Shown here: in pieces, positions 1-16,202 of the stretch
Layout of the letters: each line of letters opens with the position of its first letter
How positions within the stretch are numbered: the first letter of the stretch is position 1
Assembly (NCBI GenBank): GCA_012295275.1
Contig: CM022679.1
Location: 22,692,001-22,756,000, forward strand
Length of the DNA stretch: 64,000 nt
Direction of reading: 5' to 3'
Source: Chrysomallon squamiferum
Lineage: Eukaryota; Animalia; Mollusca
Program-made: the position numbers and the translations under genes
The notes under the pieces: model-generated
The model's input: the letters and a program-made list of their open reading frames with translations, nothing else
Told to the model about the DNA's origin: nothing
Databases searched by the model: none

Positions 1-624
1 TATCTGTCCATTTATCCATATATATATATATATAAACACACATGTACACATACATACACACTACGATCACATTCACTGAAACATGATCACGAGAAACTAA
101 TTAAAAAAAAAAAACACCCAATAATTAAACATATATTTACAATCCTAACACCTACTTGACCCGCCCACCCCCTACCACCCTCGCCCCATTATACACGCAG
201 CTACTTCCATAAGTGAAGCTTAAGATCAGTAACCGAACGAGTATATATATATATATGTATATATATATAGATTACGTATTATTATAATCATCGTTCTCGG
301 GGCCGAGTTATCATACACAGGGATGGTACAACGTCTGTACATCACTCTTACTTCTAGTCAAAGTCCTGTCACGATTCATGTCGAGTTTAACAATAACAAG
401 CAACCGCGCGCATGACGCAGACTAGGAAGTCCAGAGTACAACGTGAGATCGGCTTACTGTTAACTGACAACAAGGTTAGCGTGGAAAACACTCGTGTTCC
501 TGGGTGGGTGCAACACGTCGCAGAAATTTTGTGTATGAAAAAATACGTCGTAGTTTACACAACACGTACATCTTTGCTGTTTCTGTTTCTTTTTGACTAT
601 GTTTCTTTCATTTCCGCTCCTGAT

Positions 625-740
<116 letters not shown>

Positions 741-1077
741 GAATTTTTTTTTATTTTAACTCCACGTCCGTTATTTTAATTCATTGTATTTATAATACAT
801 GTCGTATCCTATTGACATTATATCAATTCAGGATGTCTGAAGTGCGTTATAAATTTACATAAACGTGAGACACCTTTTTTTTTTTTTTCCTTTATTTTCC
901 ACTTAACTACTTTCCTGTTTGGTTCTGAATAAAATTATTGCTCTTTTAAGTACACCGTTAATAAATATTTCTTTACTCAGCCTACAAACATTTTTCCTTA
1001 TTGATGTTTATCAGAAAATACGAAAAGAGAATATATTTAAAATATTATTATTATTATTATTATTAAAATAAATAAAT

Positions 1078-1120
<43 letters not shown>

Positions 1121-1289
1121 GTAGGCCAAATATACAATATAGGTTATAATCTTCATATAAGCGATCTTCGTGAATATATAAACAAGGGATGAAAACCTAT
1201 CCTGTGTGTGACATAAAGCATGTACCACCATCTGTTATATACAAATCGCGGAGCAGTGGTTGGAACGAGATATAATGATATGAACTCAC

Positions 1290-1327
<38 letters not shown>

Positions 1328-1349
1328 GAATTGTTTGACATGATGATTA

Positions 1350-1399
<50 letters not shown>

Positions 1400-1558
1400 T
1401 ATATTTTTTCGGCAGTTTCTAAATGTAAGTAAATACCTTCAAGATGACCGGTGTATTTTTGGACAGAAGTAGATATACGGTTCTCAAAAACAGTTATCAT
1501 GTTAAACTAAGTGAAAACATTATTATTTATAAATGTACTTAAGGTAAATACATTATTC

Positions 1559-1631
<73 letters not shown>

Positions 1632-1772
1632 TTATCTATCTATCTCTATCTCTCTCTCTTCCTCTGACTTCTTTCTCTTTCTTTTTTTCTCTCTCTCTCT
1701 CTCTCACTCATTCTGTCTCATTCTATATATATATATATTTATCTATCTTTCTGTTACCACATTCTTAATTTC

Positions 1773-1803
<31 letters not shown>

Positions 1804-1898
1804 TGTTATTCCTTAACACACCCATACTATTTAATTTCAAACTTTTGAATAATTCATTAGCATGCATTAGACGTAATTTAGCCGGTTATCTTATCTAG

Positions 1899-2012
1899 GT
1901 CACGTGACAAACCACGTCTCTGCCGCCCGGGACAGTCACAGCGCGCGCAGTGGAAGCAGGTGGAACGGTCTCACATCACTCTTAGTTTTTCCTTCGGCTT
2001 CGTCTCATTTCG
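1899..2012 (+). promoter_or_regulatory. Putative promoter and non-coding first exon of the mini-mucin gene
   Basis: GC-richer island with palindromic E-box GTCACGTGAC (1899-1908), ending in a strong donor CG|GTGAGT at 2012/2013. The next good acceptor precedes the ATG exon at 6575. The link to that gene is inferred. Confidence 0.5.
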
Positions 2013-2094
2013 GTGAGTAGCCAAATGAAATATTCTTTTTCTCTTTTTTTTCTTCTTCTTCTTCGTCTGTTTATTATTATTATTGTTGTTGTTG

Positions 2095-2141
<47 letters not shown>

Positions 2142-2213
2142 TAAAGCCAGTGATGTTTTTTTTTTTCAAATTAATTTCTATTTAGTTAATAATATATACG
2201 CACGTATCCATAA

Positions 2214-2291
<78 letters not shown>

Positions 2292-2425
2292 ATATATTAT
2301 TTAGTTAAAAATATATACACACGTATACATAATGAATTATATACATATGTGTGTGTGTGTGTGTGTGTATGTGTGTGTGAGTGTGTGTCTGTGTGTGTTT
2401 TGGAAGGTTTTTTTTTTTTTTGTTA

Positions 2426-3602
2426 TTCTATTATTTCAACGAAAACGTTAAAACCCGGATGTTACTACCTGTTGTTTCCGACATGACACGAGGAGAAGCA
2501 TAAAATCATATTAAATTTACATCAGTTTTTACATTCAATATCAGTTTTAGTTTTTACATTCAATATCGTATAAATAAAATCATATTAAATTTACATCAGT
2601 TATTACATTCAATATCAGTTTTAGTTTTTACATTCAATATCAGTTTTAGTTTTTACTTTCAATATCAGTTTTTATACTCAATATCGTATAAATAAAATCA
2701 TATTAAATTTACATCAGTTTTTATACTCAATATCAGTTTTAGTTTTTACATTCAATATCAGTTTTAGTTTTTACATTCAATATCGTATAAATAAAATCAT
2801 ATTAAATTTACATCAGTTATTACATTCAGTATCAGTTTTAGTTTTTACATTCAATATCAGTTTTAGTTTTTACTTTCAATATCAGTTTTTACATTCAATA
2901 TCGTATAAATAAAATCATATTAAATTTACATCAGTTTTTATACTCAATATCAGTTTTAGTTTTTACATTCAATATCAGTTTTAGTTTTTACATTCAATAT
3001 CGTATAAATAAAATCATATTAAATTTACATCAGTTTTTACATTCAGTATCAGTTTTTACATTCAATATCAGTTTTAGTTTTTACTTTCAATATCAGTTTT
3101 TACATTCAATATCGTATAAATAAAATCATATTAAATTTACATCAGTTTTTACATTCAGTATCAGTTTTTACATTCAATATCGTATAAATAAAATCATATT
3201 AAATTTACATCAGTTTTTACATTCAGTATCAGTTTTTACATTCAATATCGTATAAATAAAATCATATTAAATTTACATCAGTTTTTACATTCAGTATCAG
3301 TTTTTACATTCAATATCGTATAAATAAAATCATATTAAATTTACATCAGTTTTTACATTCAGTATCAGTTTTTACACTCAATATCGTATAAATAAAATCA
3401 CACATATCCATCGCTCGATGAGTTCAAATCAGATTAGAACGGTGAGAAAGATAATCAGCTTATTTGTGGGAGTTGGTTTCAGATATCAATGTTAAATCAA
3501 ACAAACATCTATTTTCTTACAGTACCTTATCACGTACACAGTGGCTCTGAAGCGCTTTATAAAAATGTCAGATATTAAATTTATCATCTGTAATCGCTTG
3601 TT

Positions 3603-3633
<31 letters not shown>

Positions 3634-3751
3634 ATTTAGTTTATACATTTGTGTCCACCTATCTGTCAGTTTGAGTGTTTTAGGAGGGTCAAATGTTAAG
3701 TTTTTTAATGTGTATTCGTGTATAATCATTTTTATATTGAGTGTATAAATT

Positions 3752-3808
<57 letters not shown>

Positions 3809-3809
3809 A

Positions 3810-3845
<36 letters not shown>

Positions 3846-5115
3846 GCTGTCTCTCTTTCTCTCTATGACTTTCTATGTGTCTATGTTTCTGTCTATAAGT
3901 CTGTATCACTATTTTTCTATCCTATCTGTCCATTTGTCCATCCATCCACATAATCCGTCTCGAATGACGTCACAACAGGAACCCTATGTATTATACACAA
4001 TAAAACATAAATATAAATATTAATTACTTGATGTCAAGAAAAATCAAATACTTTTTTTTTAAGACGAGCAGTTATGTGTAAATAATATCGTAAATAATAT
4101 TCGTCATTTTGCGTTAGTATTTTTTTGAAAAATGATATCAGTTTAAAACATTTTCGTTGTATCGCTAATATATATATATATTCTAAGCATCAGTTTCTTA
4201 AGGAAGATCTCTTGTAAATATCTGTTTCGTAAGTTTTCCTTTTTAAGAAAAATCGCTGTGTCGCTAATAAATACATTTTTACTGAGTATTTCTTTTTTAT
4301 AAATAGTATTTTTCTAAATACCTATTTGTTTATAACTACACAAACGTATGTTTCTTAACGAAACAAAGGGTGAAAAAAAAAAAAATTAAGCACTTAGATG
4401 TTACCGAAAGCTATTGAAATAATACAGAACACTCCCTAACTTTCTGTTGAATAAGGATGTTATCACAATATCTTCTGAGTATTTTTTCCTTAACGAAATG
4501 TTTGAAATGTTAGTAAATTGACTAAGTATCAGCTAGCAAAGGAAGGATGTTACAACGTTGTGGAATAGCAGTAGCTTCCTCCTACAGTCTTTATGTAACT
4601 ATGACGTCACAGGACACGTAGACAGATATAAGAATGCTGGCAATAGTTATGTAATATAATGTAAAGAAATGTATGATTCATATAGATATAGATATGATAC
4701 ATTAGTATAATAATATTTTGTCACTACCATGTAATATACATATACATTATATTATGTAATATATATCATATTACATTTATATAGATATATATATATATAA
4801 AACACATATGTATTGTGTGTATGTGTGTGTGAGTGTGTGTGTGTATATATATATGTATATATAAGTAAATATATATATATGAAAGTATGCGTATCCATGT
4901 TTGCGTGCGATTGTGCATGTATGCATGCATGTAGAAACGGGCGTTTGCATGATGTTAAAAAAGACAAACTGAACGCCCAAGTCAGTGTTTGACTAACGAA
5001 ACACGACTGTTATCAGAACCTCCCCGGAAAACTTCTTCGTAATTTGTTATCATCTGTTTTCCTCGAAATTTCTGTTTCTTATTTCTGTTGTTTGGAAAAA
5101 CTGCGGCTGTTGGGT

Positions 5116-5160
<45 letters not shown>

Positions 5161-5577
5161 GTCTGTGTGTGTGGGAAAACAACACGTAGATTTGCCACTT
5201 TGTCACAGCTGTCGCATGTCGCAACAGGAGACGTTTTAATCAGTTACTAGTTAACTTCGCTCAATACATTTTGCCTATAAAATTAGGAAAACCTTGTTAT
5301 TGTTATTAGTACTAGTAGTATTGTAAACAGATGCATAATTGACTGTATCAGTCCCGTGATATTATAATATGTCTGTGTGTGTGTGTGCGTGTGTGTGTGT
5401 ATGTGTGTGTGTGGGGGGTAGGTAGACAGAAAGTCAGCCTCAGGCAGAGACAAAGAGATATAAAGAGAGACAGACAGAAATACAGACAAAGACAGACAGT
5501 CGGCAATTAGAAAGCAAACCTAAAGATAACAAGATGAATCCCTCTTCAATTTATTATTTACCAGATTTTCAAATTTA

Positions 5578-5642
<65 letters not shown>

Positions 5643-5985
5643 TAAAATATAGTGAAAAGAAAATATAAAAAGCAAGACAAGTAACAAGGAAAATATTTTC
5701 ATCAGCATGGGAAAATGACTTCAAATGAACAGACGAAGTGATTACAAATGTTGTTTTATATAACCTGTGTATTTATGTTACTGTGTGCATGCTTCACTGA
5801 ATGATATCAAACTGCTGAACTTTCTGTTTCGTGGGCGAGGTAAAATAATACTTGTTTTACGCAGAAACACAAGCGAGATGTTATCTGTGCGCAACTGGCT
5901 TGAGTCATGTCGGAAACAACAGGTGTGGTAGTAACATCCGAGTTTTAATGTTTACCTGATTCCTTGTTTTGTTGATATAACAGAG
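2426..5985. repeat. Imperfect inverted repeat pair (arms ~2426-2490 and ~5902-5985)
   Basis: Left arm TTAAAACCCGGATGTTACTACCTGTTGTTTCCGACATGAC matches the reverse complement of the right arm, TTAAAACTCGGATGTTACTACCACACCTGTTGTTTCCGACATGAC, with indels. Confidence 0.85.
2497..3400. repeat. Compound AT-rich minisatellite (~0.9 kb)
   Basis: Recurring modules ATAAAATCATATTAAATTTACATCAG, TTTTTACATTCAATATCAG and TTTTAG in varying combinations, about a dozen higher-order units. Confidence 0.95.
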
Positions 5986-5995
5986 CAAATCAGAG

Positions 5996-6089
<94 letters not shown>

Positions 6090-6206
6090 TTGGGAAGTAA
6101 CACCTGTGTTATATTATGATTTAAATGATTTTTAAAACCATAATAAATCCTGAGTTTGATTATTTAGAAAAATGAATTTTGTACACATGTGCGTGCATGT
6201 ACTTAT

Positions 6207-6288
<82 letters not shown>

Positions 6289-6499
6289 TCCGGGTTCTAA
6301 TTCGGAATGAGTTAATGGATTTTGTTGTGAACGATGTAAATTACTTCAGATCATATGAATAAAGACATTTTTTTATCTAATTTCAGTTAGTAGAAGTATT
6401 ATTATTATTATTACTACTACTACTACTACTACTTCTACTACTACCACTACTAGTAGTAGTTAATAATAATAACATTATTATTATTATTATTATTATTAA

Positions 6500-6530
<31 letters not shown>

Positions 6531-6581
6531 TACTTATTTGGTTTATTTATATTTTAGTTTAATGTTTTTTTCAGAATCACA

Positions 6582-6710
6582 ATGAAGGCTGTGTTTACAT
6601 TTGTCCTGGTGATCGTCGTATATTTTACATCAGTGACATCTACTAGCACTACAGGTTATATCTTATTTTGTATAAATGCACTTATCATTGTTAAATGTAA
6701 TATAAGTAAT

Positions 6711-6778
<68 letters not shown>

Positions 6779-7088
6779 TTTATTTATCAGGGCTAAAACC
6801 AACATTCTGATTTTATTTAAATACTTTAAGACGATCTATTACTACTACTACTACTATTACCACTACTACTACTACTATACTACTACTGATATTATTACTA
6901 GTAACAGTACTTCTATTATTATTACGGTTGTTGCTATTAACAGTTTTGTTCTTAATTTCAGTGACGACGCCTAATTCATCCAATAGCACATCTTCAGCAA
7001 CTGCAGCTTCATCATCGACAAATGCAACAGTTATAACAACTACAACAGCTAAATCGCCAAGCAGTTCACCGTCAACGGTACCATAGAT

Positions 7089-7124
<36 letters not shown>

Positions 7125-7251
7125 ATACATTTTACAATAATGAGTATTTAAATCGAAAAGGGGATAAACACACAATAACAATATTTTACTTTCATGGTGA
7201 TTATTGCATTGTTTTTATTCATTCATTCATTCATATTTTTAATTTATTTAT

Positions 7252-7286
<35 letters not shown>

Positions 7287-7497
7287 ATTATTATTATTAT
7301 TAAAGAAACAGACAAGTAAAGTAAGCATTTTAATAAGTATATTGTTACTTTTACTAGTATTATTTTAAAATTAGTTCTTAGTGGTGATTTTGAGTCTGCA
7401 TGTGTCTGTGGTTCACTTGTCAGAGGTATTTTCTCTAGACCTCATTTGAAGAAGACCATCAAAACAACAATAAATCAACAACAACTACAATAATAAC

Positions 7498-7556
<59 letters not shown>

Positions 7557-7657
7557 TTATGATAATGATGATAAAAAATTAAAATAATAATAATAATAAT
7601 AATAACAGCAATAATAATGATAACGATAACAACAACAACAAAAACAGCAATAATAAT

Positions 7658-7688
<31 letters not shown>

Positions 7689-7902
7689 TTTTTGTGGATG
7701 GTTATGATGACAAACGTAATAAAAAAAAATAATATTTCCTATATGATTATATCTTTACTAGCAGAAATGAATATGAGAGACTAAAGTTAATGAGTTAAAT
7801 AATTTTAATATTTCTTCTTTTCATTTTCAGGCCTCCACTGTAATGTTGCCTAGCGGGATCTTCACTTTTCTTTTCGTTCTTCTTATCGTTTGTTGGGCAT
7901 AA
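6582..7902 (+). CDS. Small secreted Ser/Thr-rich, probably GPI-anchored mucin-like protein (86 aa, 3 coding exons)
   Basis: Exons 6582-6654, 6962-7077 and 7831-7902, all GT-AG with matching phases (1, 0). Protein: MKAVFTFVLVIVVYFTSVTSTSTTVTTPNSSNSTSSATAASSSTNATVITTTTAKSPSSSPSTASTVMLPSGIFTFLFVLLIVCWA*. It has a hydrophobic N-terminus, N-glycosylation sequons NSS/NST/NAT, and a hydrophobic C-terminus with no cytoplasmic tail. Confidence 0.82.
7128..7195 (+). repeat. Short dispersed repeat, copy 1 (copy 2 at ~14462-14528)
   Basis: Both sites share TTTTACAAT..AGTAT.TAAATCGAAAAGGGGATAA...CAATAACAA.ATTTTACTTT, each near a microsatellite. Confidence 0.75.
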
Positions 7903-8734
7903 ATACCAACATGTTTATTGTATACGTATTTATACTGTACAGTATGTATATAAATCTGATTCCCGGGTGACATTTGGTAACCATGGATTCACGTGGCTAT
8001 GACGTTATACAAATTATTTTAATAGGTTACAGGAGATATATTTAATTTATTTTTTTATTATTATTACGTTTTATTTGTTTTTATTTTTATTTTTTTTTTT
8101 TTTTTTTTTAAAAACTGTTCATTATATTTTTGGAGAACTGGGTGTCTATCTATCTTGTTATAACACAAGCCTTTTGACTTGCAGTTTTGCGACGATGGGC
8201 TGATAGAATGGACAAGGAAAATAGGTCTATGTTTTTTTTTTTTCCTTTTTTTTTTCTTATATATATAACTGTTGTTTTTATTTTATTTTATATTTTATTT
8301 TTTTTCAATTTATCTTCAGAACCAGTTTAAAATAATGTTTAAAATTCTTATCTTTTTTTTTCTTTTTTTTTTTACTTTATTGTATTTTGTTCCTTGCATT
8401 CAAAATCTGAAAAAAGTAGTTAAACAGAATTTTGTACGTTATATCTGCGTGTGTAATAAAAGAATAGTTATCTCAGTTTATTTGTTAGTGTATTTGTAGT
8501 TTTCAGTAAAGGCAAATCGATATTCACTTACAACTGCTACTGCTATTATTACTACAACCACTTATTTTAACTTCTGATAGTAGTAGTAGGAGGAGGGAAT
8601 GAGGAGGAGGAGGAGGAGGAGGAGGGGGAGTAGGAGGAATAGGAGGAGGAGCAGTAGGAGTAATATCAGTGGTAGTAATAGTAAGACCAGCATTCGGAGT
8701 TACAGTAATAGTAGTTCTTATGTTTCTTCTTCTT

Positions 8735-8825
<91 letters not shown>

Positions 8826-8882
8826 TTTTTATTTGTCTGTGTATTAATAAATATATTATTGATATAAAAATTTGACATATCT

Positions 8883-8919
<37 letters not shown>

Positions 8920-10245
8920 ATATATATATATATATATATACCCCCACACACAAACACATACACACACGTATGCACGTGTTTGAGCTCTTAACGTTGTTGC
9001 ATGGTGTGATTCTTAATTGTCAAACGGTAAATATTCCGATAATTTTGATCATATGATCCAGTTTATCAGTGTTAAAACAAACATCCTGTCAGATAAATTG
9101 CATTTTTGTTTTGTTACATGTCGTCAAACAGCGTGTCTGAGATTCAGTAGTGTTATCATTATCTACCTCTTATCAAAAGATTTCTGACACTGAAGAACCT
9201 GTCACTGGCAAGTGATAAAATAAAGCACATGCATATTATTATCTTCTAATGTTCGTATTGTTTTATGTATGAATTATTCTTGTTCTATTACTTCACGATG
9301 TGCTATCGAGTGGAATTTTTCTCTTATTTTGTTTATATATAAGTTTAATAAAGGAAACCATTTATGAAAATAGAAAAAAAAAAAATTGTCACTCCACACA
9401 AACGTCCTTTCTTTTTCTTTCTTTCTTTCTTCTTTTTTTTCTTTCTTTTTTCTTTCTATCTTTTTTTTTTAACGACATGAAGATATATATCTTTATATAA
9501 CCTATTGTTATAAAGAAAAAATGGCTGCGGGTTGTTCTGTCATCGTTAAAATTGACTTCATTAACGTTAAAGAAACAAAACATGTTTAAACCATAAAAAT
9601 CCTTATAATAAGATAAACTGAACTGATGGCATTCGACAACCATTTCAACCAAATACTAGTAGCATTATTAAGATCATCATAATTATTAAGAACCACTATA
9701 TTACCTTAATTTGTGTATAGTTTTATTGTTTGATTGTTCCTTCCAAATAAATAAGGTTTAAAATTAATTCAACGTCATGTTCAGTTAAAGGGAAATAACT
9801 CTTGTTCTCTTCACGATATTCGCCTGTTTATACAATTATGCCTGAGCTTGAGTAAAAATATATATATATATTAAAATTACTTAGTATAAAAAATCAATAT
9901 TTGATTTGCTTACAATAAGGCAGAGTCTGTATGGACATATATGTATATATACATCGCATAGAAAATTATAATAATAAACAAAATGTAAAAAGCGTTTTAA
10001 AGCAAATTGGAAATTAAGTATGATTTCAGATACAGTGGTGGATGGAGTCAACACAAGGCACGAATTCCAGTCGTTGCCAGCACGAAAAAACGCAATAAAG
10101 ACAACAGTAATAACAATTAACAAAGCATAATTTGTTCATCACTGGTATATTGTACAGAATAATCTAACTTTTACATTTTGCTTTTTTGTTTGTTTGTGGA
10201 TATATGTTGTTTTTTCTTTTATTTTATTTTTTCTTTCTTACTTTC

Positions 10246-10300
<55 letters not shown>

Positions 10301-10561
10301 TTCTTATTTATTTATTTATTTTTTATTTTGCAAGCACAACAAAACCTCTAATAACAACAATTAATAACAATAATAAGAAACAACAATAATGAAGATGATG
10401 ATGATGATGATGAAAAATGATGATAAAGTAAAAAAAGAAACATAATGACAATAAAAAGTGAAATAAAACCGGAAAAATGCAATTAATCCTGATAACGAAG
10501 TATTGGTTCTGAACTATCTAAGAAGCATTATTTAATCACGTGTTGAGCTATATACACATAT

Positions 10562-10960
<399 letters not shown>

Positions 10961-11373
10961 CTCACTCACATTTACAGCCATACATACATACAAACATAAT
11001 TATATCGCAATGCAGGAGAAAAAGAAGATATTTCTCTATTGATTCACAATATGACACATTTATACATGCATTTTACCACAACACGATTTTTGTACAGTTT
11101 TTAATACAACGAAAGTAGTTTTTATATGCCTCAGGCTAAGGAAATTAGCCACGGCTACTACTACTACCATTACATTACTTCTGCTTCTACTGTTCCTTTA
11201 TTACTACTACTACTACAGCTACTACAACTGCAGCTATTGCTACTATTACTACTTTACTAGTATTTCTACTACGACCTCCAAAAATGCTACTTTTACTGCT
11301 ACTCAGCCTTACTACTAATAATAGCAAATCTAGTTCTAATACTAGTTCTTTTTCTCGAGTATAGTCAGTATTC

Positions 11374-11411
<38 letters not shown>

Positions 11412-12189
11412 AAAAAATTCGGTATCCTCCTCTGCGAGGAGCATTTGCTAGAACTGGAAATAAGTATTCTCATCATCCATCAACATCGTAACCTCACCCT
11501 GATTACAATCATTTGTGCATGCATTATCATCTAAATAAATGATAAATTTTTGTTTAAAAAAAGAAAGATAATAATAAAAAGAACAAAAAAAAAAATAATA
11601 TAAAAATAATAGACATTCTCATGATAGATGTGTTCCGACCCAGCACAGTGGAAAGATTTATCGATCTGAAATGCCATCCATCGCAGGCCGCTGAGATGTT
11701 GCGTATGATAATCGATGTTGTCTCCGACTATCGATTTTTTTTTATTTCTCTCTCTCTCTCTCTTGCCTCATTCCGCATCTGATCTAGCTGTACGGGGTTG
11801 GTTCTTGGAACTGCTGCGTTCAACACAGTTGTTAATAGCAGACGACAGCAGCGTATAACCAACCAACCAACAGATTAAAAAATAAAAAATAAAAACAGGA
11901 TAGGCTTTTTTTTCTGCAGACGATACCCTGTCTAGCGATTAAAACCCGGGGAATATCGAGAGGACTGCCACATTTTACAAGCAGACGGCAGCCTGGATTC
12001 TCAGCATCTCGGAATTTAACGACGTTTCGCCGGGAATGAACGCATGTTGATTAAACTCGATCGAAGACAGAGGTCGCTGTGATAGGAAAAAAAAAAAAAA
12101 ATACGTTTGATTTTGTTTTCAGGCTGACGGCGTATACATTCTGTTCAAACACACAAAGATCTGCAGATGACTCTTTGGATCAGGTAACA

Positions 12190-12221
<32 letters not shown>

Positions 12222-12735
12222 TGTGTGTTTTCTGTTTGTGTAGATTGAGGCAGTCGCTGTGATTTCTAGGGTAATTAGATTTAGTGCACACCAACGAGGT
12301 GAAAGAGTTCAGCGGGCGGGTTATGATGTCCACGTTGATGACGAGTGTCGTATTGTAGTTATGAGGTGGGAGATCAGATATCTGTGGCGATGTTGCTGCT
12401 GACGTTGTCGTTGGTAATAATGACGATGATAATGTATTAGAAATAAGGACAGGGTGGTGATGAAGTCTGTGCAGTTATAGGTTTTATTTATGTACCAAAT
12501 ATTATTAGTTCATAATTAATGTTTTCTGTTTATTTATTATTTACTTTCCGCTGTTGTTTTGTTTGTTTCTTGTCATTTTTCATTGTTGTTTTCGTTGTTA
12601 TTGTTGTTGTTGTTGTTGTATTATGTTTGTCCATTAATTCATTGCTGATTCGATGTCTGTCGTATAGGAATCATTTGTATAACTTAATCATTAATTGTTT
12701 TAAAATAAAACTACAAGCATGTTGGCACACACACA

Positions 12736-12778
<43 letters not shown>

Positions 12779-12996
12779 ACAGACACACACATGCACACAA
12801 ACACATGTATCAAATAACTAACTGAATATTAAATAATTTTCAGGGTAAATAATTCAGTTAACCTAAGATATCCTTCTTTTCACAAACTGTGCATTTATAA
12901 TTATACAGATCAGATATTAAGAGTGTTGTTTGTTTGTTGTTGCTGTTTTCTGTTGTTTTATGACATAACAATTTAATTTTAAATAGTAGTAATTGC

Positions 12997-13043
<47 letters not shown>

Positions 13044-13455
13044 TAATAATCAAAAATAATAAATAAATAAATAACATAGAAATAATATTTTTATAAAAAT
13101 ATCAGATGTTACACAATAGCAAAAGGCGGTTACAATGAATTTAGATCTATAATTCAACCATTTGATTCATTATATTGAAAACCCATGTAACGTTACCTTA
13201 TTCTGCACTCAAATATATGAACTCTAATAGGTTAACATACATACAATAGGGAAATACTGGTTTGGTAAGCTAATACCGTATAACAGTCAAGTCCTGATAT
13301 AATTGCTAATAGTGCTTAAATTGCCTCATCCATTTCCCTTCACCAAGACTGTCAGCTATAATTCATTATAGAATTTTCTAACCAGCAGGAAAACGATTTT
13401 CCAAAAGCTTTTCAAAGACAGTCAGTTTGAGATAGGAATTTATATATATATATAT

Positions 13456-13590
<135 letters not shown>

Positions 13591-13663
13591 GGCAGAGACA
13601 GAGTGGTACAAAGAGAAATTTATATTTTATTTCACATTAATTAAAGACGAGGATGAGTCACAG

Positions 13664-15664
<2,001 letters not shown>

Positions 15665-16153
15665 CTAGATCAAATTGATTTAGAGCATATGAGCATCTTT
15701 TGTCATACGAGACGAGAGATTGGAAAGTGCCCATCGAGCCATTGATTTGACATTTCCTTTGACCAAATTACAAGAAAACTTCAGTCGATGGATCAGCGGC
15801 CTGAAGAAAAATCCTCTTCAGTTAATGACGAGTCGATAGTGAAGACTTCTGAATAGTTCCTTCTCGTGTGCAGCAGAGATGTACCGAGGCGGAGAAGGGG
15901 GGAAAGAAAAAAGTAGGAGGGAAATAGTAAAGAAGTAAAGGCGACGGCTTAAAGTGTGATGAAAAGAAATTGAGACATGAGTTGTCGACTTTTTTTTTAA
16001 AAAAAGAGTCTGGATGTTTCTTCAGTAATATTGTTTAATCCACAGATTATTTGTGATTTAGAACTTTATCTTGTATAATCAGTTATGTCTAAATTTTTGA
16101 GAGTTAGTTGTACGTACTGGTTGGTGATGGATTTTGCTTTTGATAAAGAAACC

Positions 16154-16202
<49 letters not shown>

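Noticed and set aside
9300-9500. ORF VLSSGIFLLFCL resembling the mini-mucin's MLPSGIFTFLF tail
   Set aside because: Similarity is short and weak at DNA level, and no acceptor precedes it; probably chance.
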